Source: a virus. From it: a stretch of DNA of 64,000 nt. The stretch spans positions 1 to 64,000 of IMG/VR virus record IMGVR_UViG_3300020378_001929; one strand, written 5' to 3'. Below the pieces are notes generated by a model. It worked only from the letters and a program-made list of their open reading frames with translations. It was not told the DNA's origin and ran no database searches. The first letter of the stretch is position 1; every line of letters starts with the position of its first letter. The position numbers were made by a program, and so were the translations under genes. Below are positions 56,901 through 63,368 of this stretch, piece after piece.

Positions 56901-56965
56901 TCCACTTTATCAGAGTTGTTTTCACTTTCATTTCGAATCTCTAATTTGTATGTACGTATAGCCAT
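44987..56965 (-). CDS. Giant (3992 aa) hypothetical virion protein; possible N-terminal peptidoglycan-binding motif
   Basis: Uninterrupted 12-kb ORF between hub-like and gp25-like genes. Confidence 0.7.
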   Translation of the reverse strand: MAIRTYKLEIRNESENNSDKVDFGPRKVGDIGRDILIVKKALGSIVPYESLIDENDRSSDLDSTDGWFDCIEGTKLSQIEAATFDENMRTHLTKFQLDNQFYILCYLFTKFSVNQTFEELNKVKERSFASELRDFRAGSQDENSFAIGLTAFGQIPRLPAEGAHRVDEYLNSEYISTQINLIVRMFDLEFGTLGEATLAVLHGWRPRTRVGNRAYHHDPRVFSDQEGAYDIVLWGLWDSFMRGLLAQKVDPHTPDLLEPRIYIHRERPDYRGDSFKGSQFLERYKEQVSSREEVNFSETEANEEYVIRSSYFGALKYRIIPEDTQSPLYDAFVEVSRVDPRPQESTLMTDSDYTDALHRAFEPDPLIDPDPFEVDLRRIGYFYKTNYTLQELPPVLGADPTEEELENYTSIVSELEDLALTQVLQFYNKPDVWILNPESANFSQIYGPNTFPEPPNHDGSYGPQTHFALTTDTKIQDENLSVNLFLRAQNYKIIEREEFGPPLIKFVEFRTPSLRPGDFYRAKFIINRQKLDLITTGTFVPTNEATAELLSEAETSNNLNEQDSSLRDSINSKISCEGEQLSKEQQERRYQEYRALAARRKREIARSIRESVIEEYNNKNKLERTTVDLGVFGNAEINFGGDGSYASTTQAINTLTELMDSGQDGVFARNEIAGVSNPKLSDLSELKITWDDLTSDIEQAAEKLQKAFKNAQDDGVSITPINFNGNTEASRLRAIIPELRSFITKQTNTGAASSSFDFGSDTSGNMSMSGFLGTTSSIHFRFGTSKDNKGLKIISASFGGKKVSTKKLVQSVPSLKNSRTVGYLAQVDSMAAGNIFSNLPACEDIGFGKPGLAYIVKHTVGVSGTSDGEFNPINRWVTNNIENPIERWKEFKKLNNLDSQLDVKFGVDEYLAVYGKQCITIKQFFETFGNRINPFNLLCDLVKCLKLPNFNFTIPDLNFDIPIDIRIFGWWMDMIENLKEIFMKILTQFLCAFAKALIDILNFPFCEEQLRDQLYGSASEATGDIKKALVEGMMDLSLSSDNVEKSKQLIDEMGLFLTGEEFCRILQGGPIDAPTMNMILSLAARLGIQEVDTEDALRQFFQTISLFLPEEFCENLNRSTTTIRSSSCEETSDLLSQIRRQMLANEASDEEIERAVDLANKNLIDHAKALEVLGREGLNGVLPKILDFGNPDALMNNLPPALSSQVVETAKSIFTPAHVSYVSSLMNFGPSLYIQDTRMPVPGDPEYDERSVIEAQTILQNLKIYAMIGEFADGTVLEKLTAQLNALYQVYEVRKIQGATYPAYYVPPFFGSVTKPPGSGIASNFVAIENSRQLSSIDPSMIFLKPVGFSENLFYYESEDSGVENFPEDLRETGVISLNTMKRSLGSENSHLKDFSFVPAYKLSEYSEGNGIDAAGARLAFINDRIQSRIAFLQASLQSKVESISRPISGRTYLKQIKDVLNASFENQRERSTANSPSSLGQEVVTVNRVSNNADTSREVLTLRMPQRGISTSVSLNEFKSTSATNKFDPYTIVITPGGLFEREQTFEYCDKIPGPGLDVETLTEEQRQNQEIYESGLSDIPPGIYTRKELYARTLWKNVKRKVEKIYGPYQGVNRGEQRHLEKREILNGYLDNFLSNHVYETESKRFSEGIFEQIFFSLSNSRLFDEEGYYPGLNARVSGDAHVDILADGSQCYRNRYNISQFGILAFEKIVTDELDNQINRELAKPENDPYNIDFDDIGPIQKAVQNVCLIGFIRICIVELVLKGAVAYSVWDMESIADEPFTKDFFFRFVEKEINRHPSLSKDWKSTASRITGINQPLFALKDIVQKQMLKVQGISKKIYQNETRADYYNWFIKYFIPQVEVSRFIASVAGDSNPYNIRTVGTRVILDPDGTTRIEEANVAEDARIATDKIYWRHPLLETSQIITEEDDYSTVRDPATYAQNLLNGNHPFFHIEHCIEAEGPLARIENLILPGGALVSGIVNASADLAINRSVLARTANNSTRFEDLLNIGDAFNRTNLDPVNPLDYTFTVRPEIPPRDEDNPFALGASAESSSDLNTEHEIYHIDDFIDGLNGSLNSDDLKKIALHYRGLMHYDEDPDAPGGELKNTQLEEAEGFPETIRRTPTRFITKKRRIIKFTQDIVSHNNSTLLNGKVYADSVINFQDFANDLGYADEFFEPNGSLVNSYYNNFTNYIAKTREDENKYYVLPSNGEDFLWLESQGYNVYQAPNDGRFMDKVLDFSRIGVSNTSGEQPNFSLPTTTTYLDDDPQEKPLQPRAIAATNMQSRYDYGRGMSIEDIEETPERQSNDILTHKYRSDSVPTVIFENPIGIVENETEFERIKDRFENGQEETWVETVFEFSDSASIIAGLHGSFTIGETFDPAVLNFDPNLSPRLKNSFDNLETVIDSLYQPGAFRNAFLDQNKGTADPKLTQYGRVFYLRESDQEGPADVYLARPMGIDPHTNREMTKFWLIDEKQSSLNASFLNLDRLDGEEIEEARQQSKRLVINHSVSDIESGIPPSGEDLLPPNMYKIPIRVLITKIFTGDNLPERVYCKVVPPEYIRNINKLPGDGFTENMEKLHEALREIVNEYVYFIQRARSRRLVVGETENMERLKELYGDVPEFSTDFTRSHGSGVRNESNYELGGSSYYSSIERIYSRVFENETKKASYNSVQELDDLFLDRGQLLTREADFQLGPVFTPQSSFSSKEKYFEDTRRDYRHHMQSVNLFYATREEGIFRGQSRSKVGTLRVIHNLSNIFNWYLKGRQRNTLWGHLSRTSPRPMAGGSTQKYPLSTSYYFHENVHRIGGSANRNDPTYDTVATRYGYAFTRWASATLPRKNRGSYDSGTQGVDGFKSGNNFDEIHRQPGFVTLRPGVENDISSIATEGNPYLSNGAETYQPLQVTDLRNWNYFGTDHFTPSQQEGLISDGLGESLVNYNTLETFNFKNAGASLFYADNTFSLVDLSNFIKSCVQRVLIDSHFPDGEPLGITNRGGPLIQGAPDILFDMDGFYNTQNTNTILSILKKDPENNALFYENINPDTYENENYWPSFNFEGVQVFKNNYQGLNINVELLLEAIDFVDHFVTRLCDLAIYQSSFTLKSEATRDNSHRIEAPYRLSVVKRFIRYLKEYAGPADPYSPQQLLGLLWMVSSYNFSSQVAGFSGGSFNRRITADEPYREGGTLFIPNRDRSFTRNDYNRSGDSYQADWAAACLWFIAALVCRKPEISFARAVQEFPSTDFLFRYNNSGGRPAKWVAPSGGYFSRRHGVRAASNLDSIVTLGENRRNMVTGVREDGRSPLEYWNRLKSEYLNNENLLDRNTLDRVPTSLDFIIEQANEFYHEFYDPNYELGNANAPRQGQYNNLILDKLLNPDFWGREDIPEIYSALFRDALSSYHIEGLMIDSRRELEESDLGIGPLGNSTTISKIAKSTGPFSFVSPRNYRIWNGKVEDYLIFFDERMFENIFNVGINDAAKLKFLNDRIRRNETLRVRSFETIKDYYNYLMPRIYCNDISNLVRTKDNVLRNHAATVRKLKEDWTTAFEGYTGINNRLFGDNFVSIGIINSQVVKDIMGSSKLTQIARLVSNSVLHLSADDDSEEGRYNRFLLDKESPIQEVSEEYRSFLMEGEQNKYFSVPIAEYKKVISDFGEGVNDCIDLNAFRESYKRLQPWMTEQLIESPEAKQLFQYIYPVKRYQAVSTAFITSAFSSYGDLSNFIDTPKASLAALLSIAGINQKQGIEAVNNLSKAEFLKQIMNSNSSDLNAIDCFDFPFPADFTKQFKELLKQLFLQFPSLFFRGIANVVDPAYKEMKGHYNNCDINKLTMEGLQYGPTVRRRNMTAGLHGTAPRSGTKDGKYSSILVGPIVDVPYGVAKLFSSFDYKPLGRAIERLTGYIIKGPVSIVDGNFSLSIPCRDVEESWPSENSPWNLQRYGHSLTPFTVLALSTPELAGDKRFRSCTLDEQQDAPSNANISNCDDENSASPFGTFPDPGEQDD

Positions 56966-56974
56966 TTTTTATTT

Positions 56975-58441
56975 TTAATTAACAGTGTTATGTTTGCTGT
57001 TAATATATTTTCTACTCCCATCTGTAAGATACTTAGTAATTCTTTGAAAATTATTTATATCGACATAGAGTCCATCAAATCGATTGTTTACAGAGCCTAA
57101 AGTTGTTAAAATAGTTTGCCATGTGGTACCAGGATCTCTAATGCTGATTGCGTTTGGTACTGGTAACATATCGAATCCAAAACCTATCGCAGTATTAAAG
57201 TCAGTCTGAGTTTTGACGAAAGTATCCAGGCGCCGGTTTAATTGTTCAACCAATTTCAAAATCATAGATAAGCACTCTACAAGATTATTGCCCAACACCA
57301 TTGGGTGCTGCGGCAGTTGTTTTGCGTTTCTGTCTTGTCCATTTTCGGCTATCAAATGTATGCCGGCTGAGGTTCCAATATTATTTCCTTGAGAGTTCAC
57401 CTTTTCGTGTGGACCTCCTGTTACTATTTTTATATCGTGACGTGAATGAAGGCGAACTTTATCGGCTTTCAACATTATACCACTGGTGGGCACAACAGCA
57501 TTTGAGGGCTCCTGTCCTGTGTAAATTCTCTCTGTAATGTTAAAGTTTTTATCAATCAAGGTCATCTGGCTAATGTATATTCTGGCTGCATCCATAACAT
57601 GTCCCGGGTGCATGCCTCCGTTAAGTCTAACAGATTTCAACTCGGGCGGATTGCTCGTGTTAAAGCTTTGAAAAACTTTTATTGGTTCTGCTCCTATTTT
57701 ATCCAAAGGGAATGGTGCCATGCGTCCGACTACTATGTCGATTGCGCCGGCGCCTTGGTGATCTGCAAAACGTGAAACAACATTTGAATTCGTAATATCT
57801 TTAGAAAATTTCAGGGCTCGTTGTGGGGTAAAGTCTCTGCCAAAAATGATAGCCGTGTTGTTTCTTCCTCCGGGATGATTTCTATTTGGTATAGTTAGAG
57901 TGCCTGGAATTGGTACAAAATCTGGTACTGGTTCCCCTAGGGCGTGCTCGCCTGTTCCGTCTAGCAAGACTCTTCTGTAAGATGGACCCACTTCAGGAAA
58001 AGGCATGTGATTGCGTGGGATACCTTTTTTCATTATCTTTTGAGTGGGCTCATCAGGCTTAGTTAAGTCAGGATTTCTGCTCGATAAAGTATCTTCTCCG
58101 GTGGCAGGAAAGCTCAGCATTGGTGAGTCCGGCAAACCTCTCCTTTGCAGCATTTGGTCTGGTCTTATCTTCTCGGGGTTACCTACCATACTATCTATTT
58201 CTGATATATTTGCAGCTGTTAGTCCGACGTTTGACCTATTGTTAAATGAGTCTTTTAAAGATTTTGACATCTTTTTTGTCAGTGCTGCTACTAGTCTAGC
58301 TTCGCTATTAAACCCCTCTGTGGGTATGGTTGTAGAGTATTCAATATTATCAATCTCAATAGAAAATTTAGCATATTTGTTATCTTTATCTATTGCGTAT
58401 GCCGGAGATCTTGTTACTTTCATGTTTTTGCTATTTGACAT
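56975..58441 (-). CDS. Putative baseplate hub/spike protein (gp5 C-terminal-like)
   Basis: Short beta-strand repeats NTAIIFGRD, AIDIVVGR, DAARIYISQ, GIMLKADKVRLHSRHDIKIVTG, PMVLGNNL; position in the baseplate cluster; GGAGG RBS. Confidence 0.5.
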   Translation of the reverse strand: MSNSKNMKVTRSPAYAIDKDNKYAKFSIEIDNIEYSTTIPTEGFNSEARLVAALTKKMSKSLKDSFNNRSNVGLTAANISEIDSMVGNPEKIRPDQMLQRRGLPDSPMLSFPATGEDTLSSRNPDLTKPDEPTQKIMKKGIPRNHMPFPEVGPSYRRVLLDGTGEHALGEPVPDFVPIPGTLTIPNRNHPGGRNNTAIIFGRDFTPQRALKFSKDITNSNVVSRFADHQGAGAIDIVVGRMAPFPLDKIGAEPIKVFQSFNTSNPPELKSVRLNGGMHPGHVMDAARIYISQMTLIDKNFNITERIYTGQEPSNAVVPTSGIMLKADKVRLHSRHDIKIVTGGPHEKVNSQGNNIGTSAGIHLIAENGQDRNAKQLPQHPMVLGNNLVECLSMILKLVEQLNRRLDTFVKTQTDFNTAIGFGFDMLPVPNAISIRDPGTTWQTILTTLGSVNNRFDGLYVDINNFQRITKYLTDGSRKYINSKHNTVN

Positions 58442-58444
58442 CTT

Positions 58445-59089
58445 TTATAAAACCTCCTTAATTATGCAATGTGAAAAATCAAAATTATATGGAAATTGCA
58501 CTTCTACTATACTCTGCAGAGATAGGGAACTTTTAGTTTTATCTTCGACGATGGCGTACGCCTTTGGGTATCTTCTAATCTGTTCTATGTCTTTTTTGGA
58601 TAGAATTAACGTTCTATTCTCCTCTCTCAGAACAGATTCTTCTTGGTTTCCAACAAGTTGATTGGCGGCGGCGGCTGCACCGTGATTGGGCTTGAATTTC
58701 TTGGTTCTCTGTTTCATGCCTTCAAAGTATTTTTGTGTATCCAATGGCTGAGGGAGGGTTGCGCAGAGTTCTTGTATATAAACTATAGCTTCTACAATCG
58801 AAAGGCTAGCTAGCTTGTCTTTATCCAGCCCTTGAGCGTCTGGAGAGACTCTAGTGCAGTATTCTACAAAGACTGGGTCGTGAAGATCTGAAAACTCCTT
58901 ATATGTTCTTATTGTTTTATATAAAACTATCCCTTTGAATATCACATTAGTGTGAGGCTTGTGGTTCTCTCCTTTAACGTGTTTATAGAGCATTGTGTCC
59001 ATCGCATCCTCTTTTTTGCCGGAGCCGGGATGCTGTCCAACTGGTTTTTGTTCTGCAATTTTTGGTGCGACAAGCTCATCAAATGACAT
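58445..59089 (-). CDS. Hypothetical protein (possible gp5/VgrG-type OB-fold)
   Basis: 214-aa ORF; FKGIVL...AIVYIQEL...LPQP...SIVEVQF pattern. Confidence 0.5.
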   Translation of the reverse strand: MSFDELVAPKIAEQKPVGQHPGSGKKEDAMDTMLYKHVKGENHKPHTNVIFKGIVLYKTIRTYKEFSDLHDPVFVEYCTRVSPDAQGLDKDKLASLSIVEAIVYIQELCATLPQPLDTQKYFEGMKQRTKKFKPNHGAAAAANQLVGNQEESVLREENRTLILSKKDIEQIRRYPKAYAIVEDKTKSSLSLQSIVEVQFPYNFDFSHCIIKEVL

Positions 59090-59097
59090 TTTAAAAA

Positions 59098-59394
59098 CTA
59101 TTCCTCTTTAACATCTTCGCTTATTAAATCAAAAAGCTCTTGTTTGTCTTCTTCGGTAATCTTTTGATTTACGTTGGTTTTTTTTTGCACAAGGGCAGCC
59201 AGCTTTACTAGTTGTTCGTTTGAGCGTTGCAGAGTCTCAAGATATTTCGCAGCGACAAGACCCACTTCTCGATGCCTATCATCTGAGGTTTGCATGTATT
59301 TCATCAGATTCATTAAAAGGGTTTTTGTGGCGGCGCGGTCTTCAGATATGTTGTTTTTCGCCTGCTCTATGAAATTTTCTACTTCTTTTGGCAT
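59098..59394 (-). CDS. Small helical protein (possible terminase small subunit)
   Basis: 98 aa, all-helical; DRHREVGLVAAKYLETLQRSNEQLVKL loosely resembles the T4 gp16 core; function call is weak. Confidence 0.45.
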   Translation of the reverse strand: MPKEVENFIEQAKNNISEDRAATKTLLMNLMKYMQTSDDRHREVGLVAAKYLETLQRSNEQLVKLAALVQKKTNVNQKITEEDKQELFDLISEDVKEE

Positions 59395-59423
59395 GTAGTA
59401 AATACTTTTTTTATCAAAATTTG

Positions 59424-60143
59424 CTAGTCTTTATCCCACTTGGTTTTAAAATTTCTATATTTTTCTCTTAATTTATTTAGATTATTGACTACCTGCTTCG
59501 TATTTAATCCTGTTAGCTCTCTCAAATACAGATAAACAGCTTTTTTATTGAAGATTTCTATATCATCAATGTTGTGCAAAAGGATTCTTACGGCATCGAG
59601 TACGGCTTTCTCATTTGCCTTCAAGTTTCCGTTATCCCAGCGCTCTAAATTTTCTAAAAGATTATTCCAATATTCCAACTCAATTCTTTGTTCTAGATAG
59701 TTTTCTGTGGGGTCTGTTGTCCCCAGGACGTCAGCACCACCTTTCTCTACCAGATTCTCAAAGGAAACTTCTTTTTTTACTTTTTTTGAATTCTGCTTTA
59801 CCTTGTGTATAAACCAGTTCTTAGTGACAACAGAGAAATATGAAAACGCCTTTGACCCTTTGTTAGGATCATATTTGTTAAGTATTGTTGTGAGCCAAAC
59901 TTTACAGTCTTCTCGTAGAGAGTCTATATTTGGCAAGATGTTGAACTTATAAGTAAAAATTATCTTGTTTACCATTTCACTGAATGCCGGTTGGATCAAT
60001 TCTTCATATAGCTGGGACTTTTCTTTGTAGGACGTCGTTTTGCAATAATCAATGATTGCTTGCTCGTGGACTTTCGTAAAATATAAATTTTTTGTACGCT
60101 TGCGTCGGCGTCGCGGTGGAGACGCTTTTTTTTCTTGGAGCAC
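59424..60143 (-). CDS. Phage sigma factor (T4 gp55-like late sigma)
   Basis: YFTKVHEQAIIDY, region-2-like KYDPNKGSKAFSYFSVVTKNWFI, C-terminal HTH-like YLYLRELTGLNTKQVVNNLNKLR. Confidence 0.72.
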   Translation of the reverse strand: MLQEKKASPPRRRRKRTKNLYFTKVHEQAIIDYCKTTSYKEKSQLYEELIQPAFSEMVNKIIFTYKFNILPNIDSLREDCKVWLTTILNKYDPNKGSKAFSYFSVVTKNWFIHKVKQNSKKVKKEVSFENLVEKGGADVLGTTDPTENYLEQRIELEYWNNLLENLERWDNGNLKANEKAVLDAVRILLHNIDDIEIFNKKAVYLYLRELTGLNTKQVVNNLNKLREKYRNFKTKWDKD

Positions 60144-60149
60144 TGTTCT

Positions 60150-60446
60150 TTATTCCTCTCTCTGTTCGATCTCAGGATCCTCGTCTGTCAGGAGAAAATC
60201 CATATTTTCGATATCACCCAATAAAGCTGTGCCATGATCTATCAAAGACTTTAGTGTCTGATCTCCATAAAACATTTCCATATCATGAACAGATTTGACA
60301 TGAGCGGTGTAGTTTAGTATTGTCTCATAAATTTCTGTCGCTTCTTCTTCTTTTGTCCTAATAATCCTGATTAACCATCTAGAATAAAACAGAAAGAGCA
60401 AATTAATCAAAACGCTAACAAAAAGCAGTAGTGTTTCTAATATCAT
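60150..60446 (-). CDS. Hypothetical membrane protein
   Basis: N-terminal hydrophobic helix; tightly packed in the operon. Confidence 0.65.
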   Translation of the reverse strand: MILETLLLFVSVLINLLFLFYSRWLIRIIRTKEEEATEIYETILNYTAHVKSVHDMEMFYGDQTLKSLIDHGTALLGDIENMDFLLTDEDPEIEQREE

Positions 60447-60700
60447 TATTTGATTTCCTCAGATGCCAAGTCTTTTTTTTGCTTTTTCAGATCCTTTTTT
60501 GCATCTTCGATAAAATTATCAACGACTTTACCGACGCGTTGCTTAGCCTCTGTTGTCGACTTAAGTATGTTGAAGCTTGGGACCTTGGTAATTGTTTCTA
60601 TTCGCCTACACAAAATACACTCCCGTTGTTCAAAAAACATACCGTGAGTGATTTCAAATGTGTCATTGCAGGCAGAACATTTATATATGTACCTAGGCAT
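60446..60700 (-). CDS. FmdB-family zinc-ribbon protein
   Basis: MPRYIYKCSACNDTFE...CILC matches the MP.Y.Y.C..C...FE...C..C pattern. Confidence 0.8.
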   Translation of the reverse strand: MPRYIYKCSACNDTFEITHGMFFEQRECILCRRIETITKVPSFNILKSTTEAKQRVGKVVDNFIEDAKKDLKKQKKDLASEEIK

Positions 60701-60928
60701 CTAGTCTGACCCAGTTGTTGCTTTTACCTCGGGTGGTGCATCGCTGTCATGTTTAGGTGTTACATCTGGAATCTTAAAATTTGGAGGATTATTAACAATA
60801 AGCTCCTCATTTTCTCCCGATACTTGGAAATTAAAGTCCTGCAGTACCGGGACTATATCGGTTTGCTCTAGTAAAGATTTCTGTAGTGCCATCATAATTG
60901 CACCTAAAGCTTGGTTAGATAATTTCAT
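60701..60928 (-). CDS. Hypothetical protein (probable start ATG 60928, MKLSNQALGAIMMALQK)
   Basis: AAGGAG RBS just upstream of ATG 60928, after the stop of the HAD gene. Confidence 0.68.
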   Translation of the reverse strand: MKLSNQALGAIMMALQKSLLEQTDIVPVLQDFNFQVSGENEELIVNNPPNFKIPDVTPKHDSDAPPEVKATTGSD

Positions 60929-60929
60929 A

Positions 60930-61250
60930 TCATTCTCCTTCATTTTTTGTTGGGTTGTTTTCAAAATAAGCCTCAGAGTTATAAGACTTGTCACAAATAT
61001 AGATGTCAAAATGTGGTTTCCACATTTTTATTTCATGATACTTCACACCCCAATCATCGAGTTGATTCTTGGTAAGCTCTGTCCAGTCGATACCTGTGTT
61101 TGATCCACGAGCGGTCCAATAGATCACAGTGTTACCTTCATCATACAGCTTGTTAATATCCTCTATTCGGCTGGGGTATGGTTTTGCTATTTCATATTTG
61201 CCTTGCGTATTGCAGCAAATTGTCCCGTCAATGTCGACGTAATATATCAT
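60930..61250 (-). CDS. HAD-family (capsule-biosynthesis-type) phosphatase
   Basis: VDIDGTIC motif I, WTARG motif II, KP..D.YICDK motifs III/IV. Confidence 0.85.
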   Translation of the reverse strand: MIYYVDIDGTICCNTQGKYEIAKPYPSRIEDINKLYDEGNTVIYWTARGSNTGIDWTELTKNQLDDWGVKYHEIKMWKPHFDIYICDKSYNSEAYFENNPTKNEGE

Positions 61251-62026
61251 TTTCTCACCTCTATACTTTGTACTCTACTATCAAAAAAACTAGACTTTAC
61301 ACTATGAAAATGGTGCCTTCTCTTTAAGAGCATCTGTTCGTAAGATAAGGCTTCGCCAATAGATTTTTTAATATTTTCAACATTCTCTAACTTAAAGATA
61401 ACTGCCCTAGTTTCAAAAAAGTCTAAAAGTCCATTACTCCATAGTTCATAAATTAGCTTAGAACTATCTCTAGAGACGGTTCCTCCCATCTTGGTCTGCA
61501 AATTGTAGTCTTTAGCTACATTCAAAGTGTCTCTTACTACATTCATTACGCGGGTGTCGTTTACATTTGCCTTACTCAGTCCCAATGATTTTGATAAGTC
61601 TGACCTTCCAACAACAATCCCGCTTAAATTTTTGTGATGTTTTTTAATTATTTTCTTTGCATTCTTGCATGCTGTTTCTGTTTCCAGATTTACAAATAAC
61701 TTAGGCGAATAAGGTATTGCAAATAGAGAGCATCTCTCAGCGACAGAGTCTATAAACTTGGATACAGCGAAGTCAGATTCGACCATTGGGGCAACGATGC
61801 CGCGGATCCCCATTCTCAGGCAGGTTTCAATATCTCTGTTTGCCTCGCATCCACCTATTTTGACATAAACTTTTAGTTTTGTGTCCCCAGAAAGCAAAAT
61901 TAAATCATTAAGGTCGGCATCTGTCACCCCTTCGTCTTCAAATGATGCCTTAAGGGCATGGGCGCCATAATTTGAATTTAAATTTTTTAGTTTATTTGTA
62001 ATATTATTATTAAACATTCTGTTCAT
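61247..62026 (-). CDS. HpcH/HpaI aldolase / citrate-lyase-family protein
   Basis: VKIGGCEA, GIVAPMVES, VNLET, IVVGRSDL motifs. Confidence 0.78.
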   Translation of the reverse strand: MNRMFNNNITNKLKNLNSNYGAHALKASFEDEGVTDADLNDLILLSGDTKLKVYVKIGGCEANRDIETCLRMGIRGIVAPMVESDFAVSKFIDSVAERCSLFAIPYSPKLFVNLETETACKNAKKIIKKHHKNLSGIVVGRSDLSKSLGLSKANVNDTRVMNVVRDTLNVAKDYNLQTKMGGTVSRDSSKLIYELWSNGLLDFFETRAVIFKLENVENIKKSIGEALSYEQMLLKRRHHFHSVKSSFFDSRVQSIEVRK

Positions 62027-62669
62027 CTTTTAGAAAAAGGAATTCAGCAAAATTAAAGTCTATCATATTATCTATATCTATGGATTCTTTTTCGCTAGTT
62101 TTTACAAAGAAAGGATTAATTCCTACAAAATTCCTGTTTTTTATCACATTTTCTCTAGAATTAACACAAACACCATAGGTAATTCTTAAAATTTCAGGTA
62201 AATCTTGACTATTTGGAGAATTTTGCAGGTCATAATTTAATGGCTTCTCGTTTAGCCACATATGGTGCTTCACTGGGTGCACTGTTGCAACAGAATCGCA
62301 GTTCTCTTTAAAATAAGAAGAAATAGATTCTTCTATAGTTTCTGGCGTGATGAAAGGACTAGTAGGTGGGGTGTAAACTAAAATTTCAGAATCTATCGAT
62401 TCTGCCAAATTTTTGAAGAATTCACTCCCAGTACACTTAGAACTAGCATAATAGTCTTCTCTCTTGTGAGTCTCCACGCTAAGGTTGGAAGCAATTTGTA
62501 GCGCTACGGGACAGTCAGAGGAAACAACTATTCTAGATAAATTTTTAATCTTTTTTAGAAAACTTATCTTCAACTCCAATAAAGAAGTGCCTCCAAATGG
62601 TCGCAGACCCTTGTTGGCAATTCTTACAGATCCGGCGCGTACCGGAATGATTGCCGCTATATCAGTCAT
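62010..62669 (-). CDS. neuA: Acylneuraminate cytidylyltransferase (CMP-nonulosonate synthetase)
   Basis: AIIPVRAGSVRIANKG, IVVSSD, PTSPF, SIDIDNMIDF. Confidence 0.85.
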   Translation of the reverse strand: MTDIAAIIPVRAGSVRIANKGLRPFGGTSLLELKISFLKKIKNLSRIVVSSDCPVALQIASNLSVETHKREDYYASSKCTGSEFFKNLAESIDSEILVYTPPTSPFITPETIEESISSYFKENCDSVATVHPVKHHMWLNEKPLNYDLQNSPNSQDLPEILRITYGVCVNSRENVIKNRNFVGINPFFVKTSEKESIDIDNMIDFNFAEFLFLKDEQNV

Positions 62670-63366
62670 CAGCCTCTAGAGCCCTATACATCGCATCGTA
62701 AGCTTTGAACTGCCATTCATAATCAACATCGAAACACTCAACTTCTTCCACGGGAAAAAGTTCAATGTCCCCTTGCTTGTTAAAGTCTCCCATCCATATA
62801 CCATCATCGACGGTCTTCATCTCTGAAGCATACAAACAGTGGGCTGCCTCGTAAGTCAAGTCTACAACTTTAGTGTTTAAAGTTGGCTCACCTTCTGGCC
62901 ATGGAGTGATAAAGGTTCCTTCGGAGTTCCAAAAATAATTCTTTTTCTCCATAACAGCGAACAAGCCTCTTGAGTCTGTTTTGAGGTAATGATTTACAAA
63001 CTTGTCAATTGTGTCTACTTTCAAAAAAGGAACACAGGCATTAACTAATACAACATACTTGAAAGGCAGTTTATCCCACCACTCATACATATCGCGAATG
63101 TGAGACCCTTCTCCGCCGTCCCAGATTGCTGACTTTTCACTCCTGCGGAAGACATTAACTCCCAAAGACTCTCCAATGTCGACAAGCTCTTGCTCATGTA
63201 CAGATAAGAAGAAATTTTCTCTTGGAATAACCTTTGACTGCAATACTTTTTCACAAGTAATCTGCGTTAGGGTTTTGCCTGCGAAGGGGCGAATCATTTT
63301 CTTCGGGCAACGCTCAGAAGAAAGCCTAGCTTGTACGACGACTGCAACTTCATTTATCTTTTTCAA
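62662..63366 (-). CDS. Second cytidylyltransferase-family protein (NeuA/KdsB/SpsF-like)
   Basis: VVQARLSSERCPKKMIRPF, NACVPFL, FDVDYEWQF. Confidence 0.78.
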   Translation of the reverse strand: MKKINEVAVVVQARLSSERCPKKMIRPFAGKTLTQITCEKVLQSKVIPRENFFLSVHEQELVDIGESLGVNVFRRSEKSAIWDGGEGSHIRDMYEWWDKLPFKYVVLVNACVPFLKVDTIDKFVNHYLKTDSRGLFAVMEKKNYFWNSEGTFITPWPEGEPTLNTKVVDLTYEAAHCLYASEMKTVDDGIWMGDFNKQGDIELFPVEEVECFDVDYEWQFKAYDAMYRALEADD

Positions 63367-63368
63367 AA

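Noticed and set aside
44987-56965. Tape measure protein call for the 3992-aa ORF
   Set aside because: It lacks the Ala/Gly-rich periodic helical repeats typical of tape measures and contains many Pro/aromatic-rich globular-looking segments.
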